Assembly: GCA_039028615.1 (NCBI GenBank)
Contig: JBCCHT010000066.1
Span: forward strand, 1 to 44,858
Source: Myxococcota bacterium
GTDB taxonomy: Bacteria > Myxococcota_A > Polyangia > Nannocystales > Nannocystaceae
Direction: 5' to 3'
DNA: 44,858 nucleotides
This document shows positions 26,772 to 35,710 of the stretch, one piece after another (the first letter of the stretch is position 1; each line of letters begins with the position of its first letter). The translations under genes were made by a program, and so were the position numbers. Under the pieces are notes generated by a model. The model saw only the letters and a program-made list of their open reading frames with translations. It made no database searches and had not been told where the DNA came from.

Positions 26772-27757
26772 GCGTCGCCTCGCTCCTGCTCGCCCTGCCC
26801 CTGTGGGCGATCGAGCCGCCCCCGGCCCCGCCCGCCGACGACTCGACCGACGACGACGAGATCATCATCGACGGCGACGAAGACGAGCCCGCGGACCCAG
26901 ACCCGGCCGTCGCCGAACCAGCGTCGGCCGAACCGAAGCCCGCCCCTGCGCCCGAGAAGAAGCCGGCCGCCGTCAAGCCGGCCCCTTCCAGCGAAGCGCT
27001 CGCCCGGGAGACCACCATCGGCATCGGCGACGACGAGCCCAAAGATCGCAGCGGTCGTACCGGCTCGCCGCAGAACTTCGCGCTCGAGGTCAAGCTCGGC
27101 CCCTACCTGCCGGACATCGATCGGGCCTACTCCGGCCCCGGCCTCGGACCCTACGCCGCCATCTTCGGCGAGACCGACAGCACAGGCGCGGCCGTCGACC
27201 AACCCAACGCGGTCGTCATGCCCGTCCTAGGCTTCGACTGGCAGTTCTTCTACCTCGGCGGACCCCTCGGTATCGGCGCCCAGATGGGTTTTTTCCGCGA
27301 CAAGGCGGACGCCCTCATCACCGTGCCCACCGACGAGAGCAACGTCCGCAGCGACGCCGACGAGACCGTCTTCGGCGTCGTGCCCATGGCCCTGTTGCTC
27401 TCGTACCGCTTCGAGCTGCTCGCCGATCGCTTCCGGGTCCCGCTCGTCCCCTACGCCAAGGGCGGCCTCGCCTACGCCTTCTTCTGGAACACCACCGGCT
27501 CGGGCAACCTCTCCCGCAACAGCCGAAGCGACGTCGCCCGCGGCGGCGTCCCCGGGTGGCAGGTCAACCTCGGCGGCATGCTGCGCCTGGACTTCATCGA
27601 GCCCGGCACCGCCAAGAAGCTCGACCGCCTGACCGGCATCAACCACACCTACCTGTTCGGCGAGTACCAAATCAGCCGGATCGACAACTTCGGTCAGGGC
27701 CAGGTGCTCAACCTCGGCGCCGCGACCTGGTTCGCCGGGCTCGCGATCGAGTTCTAG
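26768..27757 (+). CDS. Outer-membrane beta-barrel protein (MXAN_2562-like)
   Basis: ATGA overlap with the upstream gene. Motifs EVKLGPYLPDID, LVPYAKGGL, LDFIEP and GINHTYLF, with a C-terminal beta-signal GLAIEF. Confidence 0.85.
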   Translation: MSVASLLLALPLWAIEPPPAPPADDSTDDDEIIIDGDEDEPADPDPAVAEPASAEPKPAPAPEKKPAAVKPAPSSEALARETTIGIGDDEPKDRSGRTGSPQNFALEVKLGPYLPDIDRAYSGPGLGPYAAIFGETDSTGAAVDQPNAVVMPVLGFDWQFFYLGGPLGIGAQMGFFRDKADALITVPTDESNVRSDADETVFGVVPMALLLSYRFELLADRFRVPLVPYAKGGLAYAFFWNTTGSGNLSRNSRSDVARGGVPGWQVNLGGMLRLDFIEPGTAKKLDRLTGINHTYLFGEYQISRIDNFGQGQVLNLGAATWFAGLAIEF

Positions 27758-27827
27758 CGCCGTCCCGATTCGCGCCGTCCGGGACTCGGGCGGTGCGAAC
27801 GCGTGCCGAACGAGGTAGCGTGATCGG

Positions 27828-28583
27828 GTGTTCTCGGTCGGCTACGAGCAGGTGAGCACCGAGCCGCTGCGCTTCGAACGGAAGGGCGACTCGCCCACGG
27901 ACATCGCCCGCATTCTCGGGTTGGTGGGGCTCGTGGGCGTGGTGCTCTCCGGGTTGCTGGCGATATCCCTGGTCTCCGCCGAAGGAGAGGTCCGCGCTCT
28001 CGGAGGCTGTGGGCTCATGGTGTTCGGCTGCGTCTTGTTGGTGGGCGCGTTCCGCTACGGGGTGGAGCAAGCCTCTCGCACGATGATCGTGACCCAGCCG
28101 GGCTTCTTTCAGGTCACGCGAGAGGGCGGCGTGGCGCGCATCGAGGCGGACCGTCATACCTTCGTGCTCCGTGGCGAGGCTCGGGTCGAGCTCCACCAGA
28201 TGCAGCTGCCCGAGGAAGTCCGCTACGTGGTGGTGGTGATCGCGGCCGAGGGGATCATCGAGCTGCAGGTGGAGCAACTGGCCATCGGGCGCTTCCTCGC
28301 CAACAACACCTGCGCGGCGCTGGGTCTACCCGGCTTTCAGGAACGCGAACGACCGACGTTCACCCTGGGCATCGGTCTCGCGGGAGCCCTGATGATGCTG
28401 TTTCTGTGCGGACTGGTGGGCGTGAGCGTGTGGGCCATGGCGGCCGAGGACATGCTCACCGCCCTGCTGGCGTCGGCCTCGGTGGTGGCGATGGGCGGGT
28501 TGCAGTATCCCGCCGCTCGGAGCTCCGGCCGATCGATGGTTCGCGAGTTTCTACGGGACAGCTACGGCATCGCCGTCGAGTGA
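27828..28583 (+). CDS. Hypothetical membrane protein (about 4 TM)
   Basis: Two pairs of hydrophobic helices around a beta-rich soluble region. TAGCGT lies 6 nt before the GTG. The 3' end overlaps the kinase by 22 nt. Confidence 0.65.
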   Translation: MFSVGYEQVSTEPLRFERKGDSPTDIARILGLVGLVGVVLSGLLAISLVSAEGEVRALGGCGLMVFGCVLLVGAFRYGVEQASRTMIVTQPGFFQVTREGGVARIEADRHTFVLRGEARVELHQMQLPEEVRYVVVVIAAEGIIELQVEQLAIGRFLANNTCAALGLPGFQERERPTFTLGIGLAGALMMLFLCGLVGVSVWAMAAEDMLTALLASASVVAMGGLQYPAARSSGRSMVREFLRDSYGIAVE

Positions 28584-31500
28584 GCCTCGAGCCACGTCCG
28601 CGCCGCATCGGCCTCGGTCTTCGCGGTCGCGCCTTCGGCCTCGAAGAGCGCCAGCGCTCGACGGGCGATCCGTTCGACGCGGGCACGGTTGTGGCGCGGC
28701 AGACCAGCGAGAACGCGGGCGCGCATCATCATGGCCTTGGCTGCGGACTGAGACTCGGCCCCCTCGCTGCCGACGGCGATGTCATGGGCACGATCGACGT
28801 GGGTCGCCGCTTCGTCGTACTGCCCCAAACCGAGCAGGGCTTCGGCCAAACCGAGCAACGGCACGCCGAGGGCGGGATGGGTGACCCCTCGGGTCTTCTC
28901 GCGAATCGCCAGGGCCCGACGGTACCGCTGCTCCGCCGGCCGCCATTGGCCCTGCCGCAAGTCGACCTCGGCGATGTTCGCCAACGCGATGCTCACGTAG
29001 AAGGACTCGGCCCCCAGCGACTCGGACAGCCGCTCGAGGGCCTGTTCGTAGGACTCGCGCGCCTCGTCGAGCCGTTTCTGCCAGAACAAGGCCGCACCGA
29101 GATTGAGATGGAGCAGCCCCTTTTCGGCCGGCGTCAGGTCGGCCGAGGTAGCCGTAGCCTCCACCGCATGCCGACACACAGAGACCGCCTCGTCAAAGCG
29201 CTGTTGAGCTCCGAGAATGGTGCACAGGCTGGTGCCGACCTTGACGGTTTCCGCGTTGTCGGGACCGAAGAACTTCTCGCTCACGCTCAGGGCCCGTTCC
29301 AGCAACTCGGCCGCCCGCTCGATCTGCCCGTCGAGTCTCGCCATTTCGGACGCGTAGAAATACGACGTGACGACGCTCGGATGCTCCGGGTTCGGGAGCG
29401 TATCGATCGCAACCAATGCGGGCGCAGCCACGGCTCGCGCTTGGTCGAGCCGACCGAGCGCGTGCAGCTCCAGGGCCCAAACGAGGCGATACTCGATGCT
29501 CACCAGGTCATCGGGCCCGCGGCGTTGCTCGTACAGTGACACCGCCTCCGCCCAAAGCGCTTCGGCCTCGGCCGGTTTCCCCTGAATGCTCCAGTAGTGC
29601 GCCTCGATCCTCAACGACTCCGCGTAGTCGGTCATTCGCAGGCCCTCACCGCCTCCGAGTTTCCGGACGCGCTGGAGGATCGGGAGGGCTTCGGTGTCCC
29701 GCCCCAGCAGGAACAACACCTCGGCCTCCGTGAGCAGCGGCCGGGCCAAGGCGAGGCTCCCGGGTGGGTGGAGCGATTCGGCGCGCCCGACGACTTCGCG
29801 AGCGATCTCGAGGGCCCGCGCCCCTCGACCGTCGTCAACCCCCTCCCGCAACAGCAGTTGCACCCTCGCCATGCGGATGCGGTTGAACTCGGGATGGGCG
29901 GGGCCGAGGACCTTGCGCGCGCGCTCCTCGACCTCCTTGAGCGTTGCCGCGGACAGTGCCAGCTCGCCTGATTCCGCGTGAACACGCGCCATGACCCGGA
30001 GGCCCCAAATGATCGGCTCGGGCGGCGCATGCTCCAGGGACAGCAGCACGTCGAGCCCCTCTTCGAGCGCAGCACGCGAAGCCTCCCATCGCGCCTCGTT
30101 GGCCAATGCCGTCCCGACCCGAATGTTGGCCGCTGCGATCCGCCGCGGATCCCCGGTGCGCTTCGCTTCTGCTTTGGCGACCTCCAACCACAAACCGGAA
30201 CGCTTCCAGTCCCTTTCGGCCTCGACGAGCATGCCCGCCGTTCGAGATGAAATGGAGGTCTCATCCGCGACGCGGCTGAGGAAATGTGCCCGCTCCAAAA
30301 ACTCGATCGCTTGGTCCGGCTTCGCGAGCGCCAGGTAGGCGGCCCCCACCCGGTGTTCAGCCCGAGCCCGAATCACGGGGAACGTCGACTCGTCCGCCTC
30401 TTTCACCACGTCGTGGGCGATCGCCAGCGAGCCCTTGAGGTCTCCCGCAGTATGCCTCGCGTGTGCGCCTGCCAGCATTTCCGACATGACCTCTGCCTTC
30501 GCGGCCGCCTCCGGGTCCTTGGGGATTGGATACCCTGAGCGTACATAGTCTGCGTCGGCGCAGCGATCGATTGGTGGTAGCGCGGCAAAGCCTTGGTCTG
30601 CTCGAGCCACGATCTCGGGGGTCGGCGCCGAGAGCAGATCGAGGTACGCCACCAGGTGCTGCCGACGAGACCGCAGACACCCCATGCGCAGGTCGAGCAA
30701 CTCGCTCGATTGCTCGTTCCGCACCCATGTGGCCTCGCAGGTCTCCCGACGCCCCTCACTCCATTCCTGGGTATAGCCGTCCACGTTGCGCTCGAGCCGG
30801 GCCCAGGTATCCCCCGCGAGCGAGAGAGGCACACCGTCGATGGCCGCGCGAAGCTCCGATTTCCGTTCCTCGTCCCAGACCCCGGCGAACTGCTCTTCGG
30901 TGACTTCGCAGGGAGGGTCATCGCCGCTTCCGAGCCAAAACGCGATCGAGGACACCGCGGCCAGCCCCAATGTCGCGACCAACCCAATTCGACCGGAAAA
31001 ATACCGCGGCCTCGCCTGACCCCGAAGCGCCGCCAGCGTCTCCTCGAGAACCTCGAGCAACGCCGCCATGTCGCGGTGTCGTTTGCGGGGCGACCACGAC
31101 ATCCCCTTTCGAAGGGCGGACTCCAACGCAGCGGGCACGACCACTTCGGACGGACGCCGGGGCTCCCCCTTGCGAATCGCGGTCAGCGGGTTGTCCTGCG
31201 TTCCGTCGATGAACGGACGCACGGCGAAGAGCGTCTCCCAGGCCGTGACGCAAAACCCGAATTGATCGGTGAGCCCGTCCGTCTCTTCGGAACGAAACTG
31301 CTCGGGAGCCATGTAGGCCGGAGTTCCCACCGCGTGACCAGTTTGGGTGACCGAGCCCGACCAGGGCGGCGCGTCCCCCTGCTCGGTGTCCCCGGTGTCG
31401 CCGTTCGGCCCGTCCCCAGCGGACTCGCCACCGCCCGAGCGCGCGAGACCGAAGTCCACCACGCGAACCCGCCCATCCTCGCCGACCACGATATTGCGCG

Positions 31501-32017
31501 GCTTGACGTCCCGATGCATCAACCCGGCTCGATGAGCCGCCTCGAGTCCTCGCCCGGCGTCGACAAGCAGCTGAAGGGCCTCCTCCAAACGCTCCGACGA
31601 CCCCGGCGGATTCGCGACCGCCCAGTCGAGCAGCGTCTGCCCCTCGATGAACTCCATCGCGATGAACAGCTCGCCGTCGTGCGCTCCCACGTCGTGGATC
31701 GCGACGATGTTCGGATGCGCGAGCTTGGCCAGCGACTGCGCCTCGCGGCTGAACCGAACCCGCATCCGCTCGTCGTCGGTCGCGTGGAGCACCTTCAACG
31801 CGACCCGACGATCGAGCACTCGATCGTAGGCCGCGTACACACGTCCCATGCCGCCCGCGCCAATGAGCTCGAGCACGGAGAACCGGCCGATATTGGTGGC
31901 CGGCACCACCCGCTGCCACCGCGGCGTGGGCCCATCCAACTCCGGGGTCTCATGCCCGGCACCGACACGCGAGGAGGTTCGCGTCTCGTCGTCGTCGGTG
32001 GGTGACCTCGAGCCCAT
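28562..32017 (-). CDS. Membrane Ser/Thr protein kinase with Cys-rich domain and TPR repeats
   Basis: IGAGGMGRVY, VALK, HRDVKPRN, DFG and GTPAYMAPE motifs, then a TM helix, a GVWD...EQS..LLDLRMGCL domain and TPR_12 repeats. The true start is ATG 32017, not 32701. Confidence 0.93.
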   Translation of the reverse strand: MGSRSPTDDDETRTSSRVGAGHETPELDGPTPRWQRVVPATNIGRFSVLELIGAGGMGRVYAAYDRVLDRRVALKVLHATDDERMRVRFSREAQSLAKLAHPNIVAIHDVGAHDGELFIAMEFIEGQTLLDWAVANPPGSSERLEEALQLLVDAGRGLEAAHRAGLMHRDVKPRNIVVGEDGRVRVVDFGLARSGGGESAGDGPNGDTGDTEQGDAPPWSGSVTQTGHAVGTPAYMAPEQFRSEETDGLTDQFGFCVTAWETLFAVRPFIDGTQDNPLTAIRKGEPRRPSEVVVPAALESALRKGMSWSPRKRHRDMAALLEVLEETLAALRGQARPRYFSGRIGLVATLGLAAVSSIAFWLGSGDDPPCEVTEEQFAGVWDEERKSELRAAIDGVPLSLAGDTWARLERNVDGYTQEWSEGRRETCEATWVRNEQSSELLDLRMGCLRSRRQHLVAYLDLLSAPTPEIVARADQGFAALPPIDRCADADYVRSGYPIPKDPEAAAKAEVMSEMLAGAHARHTAGDLKGSLAIAHDVVKEADESTFPVIRARAEHRVGAAYLALAKPDQAIEFLERAHFLSRVADETSISSRTAGMLVEAERDWKRSGLWLEVAKAEAKRTGDPRRIAAANIRVGTALANEARWEASRAALEEGLDVLLSLEHAPPEPIIWGLRVMARVHAESGELALSAATLKEVEERARKVLGPAHPEFNRIRMARVQLLLREGVDDGRGARALEIAREVVGRAESLHPPGSLALARPLLTEAEVLFLLGRDTEALPILQRVRKLGGGEGLRMTDYAESLRIEAHYWSIQGKPAEAEALWAEAVSLYEQRRGPDDLVSIEYRLVWALELHALGRLDQARAVAAPALVAIDTLPNPEHPSVVTSYFYASEMARLDGQIERAAELLERALSVSEKFFGPDNAETVKVGTSLCTILGAQQRFDEAVSVCRHAVEATATSADLTPAEKGLLHLNLGAALFWQKRLDEARESYEQALERLSESLGAESFYVSIALANIAEVDLRQGQWRPAEQRYRRALAIREKTRGVTHPALGVPLLGLAEALLGLGQYDEAATHVDRAHDIAVGSEGAESQSAAKAMMMRARVLAGLPRHNRARVERIARRALALFEAEGATAKTEADAARTWLEAHSTAMP

Positions 32018-32118
32018 CGGCACAACCGCAGTATGCCCCGCCGCGGCACCGAAGTGCACGAGCCCCAAAAGTGCCGCTCGGCGGCACAGCCCAGCCCCCG
32101 GGAAGGGCTCGTGTGGAC

Positions 32119-34224
32119 CTAGCTCGACAGCACGCCCATGAGCGCCAGCTCGATCTGCCGCCGCTCGATGCTGGCGTCGATGACCTCGACGATCACCCGG
32201 TCGCCCATCTTGAGCTCGCGTCCGCTCTGGTCGCCGATGAGCCGCGCCCCCGTCTCGTCGAGGGTGTAGCGCTCCCGATACTCTCGCTCGAGCCGAGCCC
32301 GTCGCACGATGCCATCGACCGGAGGAGAGTCGAGCGTGACGTAGACGCCGCCCGCGGAGAGGCCGGAGATGCCGCCCTCGAAGCGGTCGCCGATGCGGTC
32401 GCGCATGAACGCGGCGGTGAACATCGCCTTGGCGTCGCGCTCGGCCTGCACCGTGGCGCGCTCGCGGTCGTTGCTTCGCTGGGCTCGCTCGCGGCTGACC
32501 CGCCCCGGCGGCATCTTGGGCACGGGCGAAGGCCCGGCGTGGCCGCGCTGGCGATGCAGCCAGGCCTTGAGCACGCGGTGGTTGATGAGGTCGGGGTAGC
32601 GCCGAATGGGACTGGTGAAGTGCAGGTAGGACTGACTCGCCAGCGCGAAGTGGCCGATGTTGTGGGTGGAGTACTCGGCCTGGGCGAGGGTGCGAAGGCA
32701 CATCTGATGGATGGCGTCGCGGCGCGGGTGGTCGGCGATGCGCTTGAGGTAAGCGACGAAGCCCTTGGGGGTCCGCAGCCGCTCGGGATCGACATCGGGG
32801 GCACCCAGCAGGTTGGCCACGGCGATGAACCGCTCGACTCGCTCCTCCTCGGGGATGTCGTGCACGCGATAGACGACGGGCAAGCGGTGGCGCACGGCGA
32901 TGCGGGCCACCGCCTCATTGGCGGCGACCATCAGCTCTTCGATGAGGTTGTAGGCCCGGGTCATCTCATCGGAGGCCCGCGAGGTGACGACGTCGCGGAT
33001 CCGGGTGGGGTCGTCCTGGTCGAGCACGACCTTGACCTCGGGGAGGGCGAGCTCGAGTGCGCCCCGGCGGCGTCGTACCCGTTGCAGGCGATCGGCGACC
33101 TCTCGCAGGGCCCGGATGCGCTTGCGGACGACGGCGGGCAGCCGCGTCTTGCCGCTGAGTTCCTCGGCAACCTGGGCGTAGGTGAGCCGGGCCCGACTAT
33201 GGATGATGGAGGCCCGGACCTCGGCCTCGCCGACCTTGCCGTTGGCGTCGACCTCGAAGGTGACGACCATGGCCAAGCGGTCCTTCTTGGGGACGAGCGA
33301 GCAAATCTCGGAGGAGAGCTCCTCGGCGAGCATCGGCACGGAGCGATCGGGCAGGTAACAGGTGAAGCACCGCGTGATGGCCTCTTCGTCGAAGACGCTT
33401 TCGTCCCGCACGTAGTGGGAGACGTCGGCCACCGCCACGTGAACCCGCATGCGGGCCCGGGCCACCGCCCGCCCGAGCAGCTCGACACAGACGGCATCGT
33501 CGAAGTCCCGGGCGTCGGGCGGATCGATGGTCATGAAGTCGAGGTCGCGCAGGTCGGCCCGGTTCTCGTGCTCACGCTTGCGAACCCGAGTGGGCACGCT
33601 CTTGGCCGCGTCCAGGACGGCGGGAGGCAGGTGCGGGTCGATGCCCTGCTCGATGAGGATCTTGGCTTCTTCGGTCGCGAGCGAGCCCGGCTCACCGAGC
33701 GCGCGCTCGACCTGGACGGACAGGTCATCGCCCCAGGGCCCGGGGTAGTCGATGATCCGGCCCACCACGACCTGGCCGGGCTTGCCTTCGGTGGGCGCCC
33801 CTTCGACCTCGGCGCGCCCCAGCACCCGCGGATCATCGGGCTCGAGGATGAACTTCTTGCCTTTCCGCCGCAGCACGCCCGTGATGCGGGTCCGGGCCCG
33901 CCGGGTGACGGAGCGAATCGCCCCCTCGGCACCGCGGGGCCCGGGCCACCAGGCGACGACGGCTTCGTCTCCATCCATGGCGCCGCCGCGGTTGGGCGGG
34001 GCGATGAAGATCGAGCCCTCGCCGTCGAGGCGCTCGGCAAAGGCGAAACCGGCCGGATTCACCATGATTCGACCACTGGCGACGCCGGGGTTGTCCTCGT
34101 TGTGGGCCACCCGGGCGGCATCTTCACTGAGCGCGGTGGGGGCGTCCCGATCCTCGACCATCGCTGCCTTGCGGGAGCGGTGGGAGGAAGGACGGCCTCG
34201 CTTGTTGGCGCGTTTACGACTCAC
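32119..34224 (-). CDS. rnr: Ribonuclease R (VacB/RNase II family)
   Basis: Cold-shock domain (NPAGFAF, AMDGD), catalytic TIDPPDARDFDDA, IEELMVAANE, HFTSPIRRYPDL, and a C-terminal S1 domain. Confidence 0.93.
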   Translation of the reverse strand: MSRKRANKRGRPSSHRSRKAAMVEDRDAPTALSEDAARVAHNEDNPGVASGRIMVNPAGFAFAERLDGEGSIFIAPPNRGGAMDGDEAVVAWWPGPRGAEGAIRSVTRRARTRITGVLRRKGKKFILEPDDPRVLGRAEVEGAPTEGKPGQVVVGRIIDYPGPWGDDLSVQVERALGEPGSLATEEAKILIEQGIDPHLPPAVLDAAKSVPTRVRKREHENRADLRDLDFMTIDPPDARDFDDAVCVELLGRAVARARMRVHVAVADVSHYVRDESVFDEEAITRCFTCYLPDRSVPMLAEELSSEICSLVPKKDRLAMVVTFEVDANGKVGEAEVRASIIHSRARLTYAQVAEELSGKTRLPAVVRKRIRALREVADRLQRVRRRRGALELALPEVKVVLDQDDPTRIRDVVTSRASDEMTRAYNLIEELMVAANEAVARIAVRHRLPVVYRVHDIPEEERVERFIAVANLLGAPDVDPERLRTPKGFVAYLKRIADHPRRDAIHQMCLRTLAQAEYSTHNIGHFALASQSYLHFTSPIRRYPDLINHRVLKAWLHRQRGHAGPSPVPKMPPGRVSRERAQRSNDRERATVQAERDAKAMFTAAFMRDRIGDRFEGGISGLSAGGVYVTLDSPPVDGIVRRARLEREYRERYTLDETGARLIGDQSGRELKMGDRVIVEVIDASIERRQIELALMGVLSS

Positions 34225-34272
34225 GGCCGGGACCCTGGCACGCCGTGCTGGCCCCGTCCACCGCGGGGCTCC

Positions 34273-35565
34273 TCACCGAAGGCCGCGGAGCATGCCGTCG
34301 TCGCAACCGAGGACCAAGGTCCCACCTCTCGCCACCACGACCCCGCTGTCGATCTGCTCCGGGAACTCGAGGTTCCAGTACACGTGCCCCTCGAGATCGA
34401 TGGCGTACAGGTGCTCGTCTCGACTGCCGACGTAGATGCGACCGGCCGCGTCGATGGTGGCGGGCGCATGCACGGCCCCCGTGGTCGGCATCACCCAACG
34501 CAGCGAACCACCGGGCTCGAGCGTGTAGAGGTTGCCGTCGTGCGAACCGAAGACGATCGCGCCATCGGGAGCGACGACCGGCTGGCTCCGCACCTCGGCC
34601 CCGACGTCGTAGCTCCAGGCCACCGTGCCGTCGGGCTTGAGCGCATGCAAAGAGCCGTCGTCGGAGCCGACGTAGATCGTGCCGTCGCGACCCTGGACCG
34701 GAGACCCATCGACGTCGGCTCGCAGCTCGACCTCCCAGCGCAGGGCACCGTCGTGGTCGAGGGCGGTGACCCTGCGCGTGTAGCTCCCGAACACGACGCC
34801 CTCCTCCGTGACCAGCGGGGTCGTCGCCACATGGGCCGCCGGACCTGCCTCGGCGGGGGGGTAGTGCCAACGCACATCGCCCTCGCGACCGACCCGATAC
34901 AGGCCATCTGCACCCACATAGAGGTCCCCATCGGGCCCGAGCGAGGGCCCGCCGTCGACGTCACAGCGCACGCCTTCGGGCCCGGGCGCACGCGGCGGCT
35001 CGCACTCTCCGAGACGCCGGCTCCAGGCGATCGCCGACGCCGCCGGGTCGACGGCATAGAGCCGGTCATCGTCGGCACCGAAGTAGAGCCAGCCTCGATC
35101 GTCGGCCACCGCGGTCGACCAGATGATGCCGTCCACGAACAGATCGAGCGTCACTTTGCCCGCGTCGGGACCCTCGGCCACGACCCCCATGAAGTGGCCG
35201 GCATGATTGCCTACGTAGGCGATTTCGTGGTCCTGCGGGCCTTTGACGAGGGTTGGGCGGGCGTAGACGACCGCGCCGGTCTCCACCGCCCACTGCTGTT
35301 GCGGAGCTTCGATGGGACCTTCGTAGCGCGGCGGCTCGGGCACGGGCGCATGCACCACTTCGGGGGGTGCCGTGGACGCCTCGACGGCCGGGCTCGGTGC
35401 ACTACGTTGACACCTTCCGTCGACACAGGTGCCCGACGAACACTGGGCATCGGTTCGGCACGCGCCGGGGGCCAGGCCCGCCTCGGGATGGCAGCCGCAC
35501 AGCCCCAGACAAGCGGCAAAGCGCAAACCGCGAACTCCTCGAGCGCTCGTCACTTGCTTTGACAT
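34273..35565 (-). CDS. PQQ-like (BamB-type) beta-propeller lipoprotein
   Basis: Lipobox LCGC, a short Cys module (CRTDAQCSSGTCVDGRC), and repeats of SP...DGTIYVGSDDGSLHAL...W. Confidence 0.88.
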   Translation of the reverse strand: MSKQVTSARGVRGLRFAACLGLCGCHPEAGLAPGACRTDAQCSSGTCVDGRCQRSAPSPAVEASTAPPEVVHAPVPEPPRYEGPIEAPQQQWAVETGAVVYARPTLVKGPQDHEIAYVGNHAGHFMGVVAEGPDAGKVTLDLFVDGIIWSTAVADDRGWLYFGADDDRLYAVDPAASAIAWSRRLGECEPPRAPGPEGVRCDVDGGPSLGPDGDLYVGADGLYRVGREGDVRWHYPPAEAGPAAHVATTPLVTEEGVVFGSYTRRVTALDHDGALRWEVELRADVDGSPVQGRDGTIYVGSDDGSLHALKPDGTVAWSYDVGAEVRSQPVVAPDGAIVFGSHDGNLYTLEPGGSLRWVMPTTGAVHAPATIDAAGRIYVGSRDEHLYAIDLEGHVYWNLEFPEQIDSGVVVARGGTLVLGCDDGMLRGLR

Positions 35566-35596
35566 CGCAAAATGTAGGTGGTAGGGGTACGAGAAG

Positions 35597-35643
35597 CCTG
35601 CATGTGCAGGTAATTCAAGAGAAATCCTGTATTTTCAGGATTT
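35597..35643. promoter_or_regulatory. Two tandem dyads in a divergent promoter region
   Basis: CCTGCA-TG-TGCAGG (35597-35610) and AAATCCTG-N6-CAGGATTT (35622-35643) in an AT-rich gap. Confidence 0.45.
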
Positions 35644-35710
35644 TAGAGCGCTCCGAGTCGTGTTTCGCGGCTCACGCGCTGTTCGACAGACATCGATCCG
35701 GTTGGTGACC

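Noticed and set aside
32018..32701. 228-aa N-terminal extension of the kinase, or an rnr-kinase frameshift fusion
   Set aside because: Arg/Ala-rich off-frame translation of rnr. rnr ends normally after S1 and I saw no slippery site.
32002..35562. 1186-aa ORF on the plus strand
   Set aside because: Antisense shadow of rnr and the PQQ-propeller gene.
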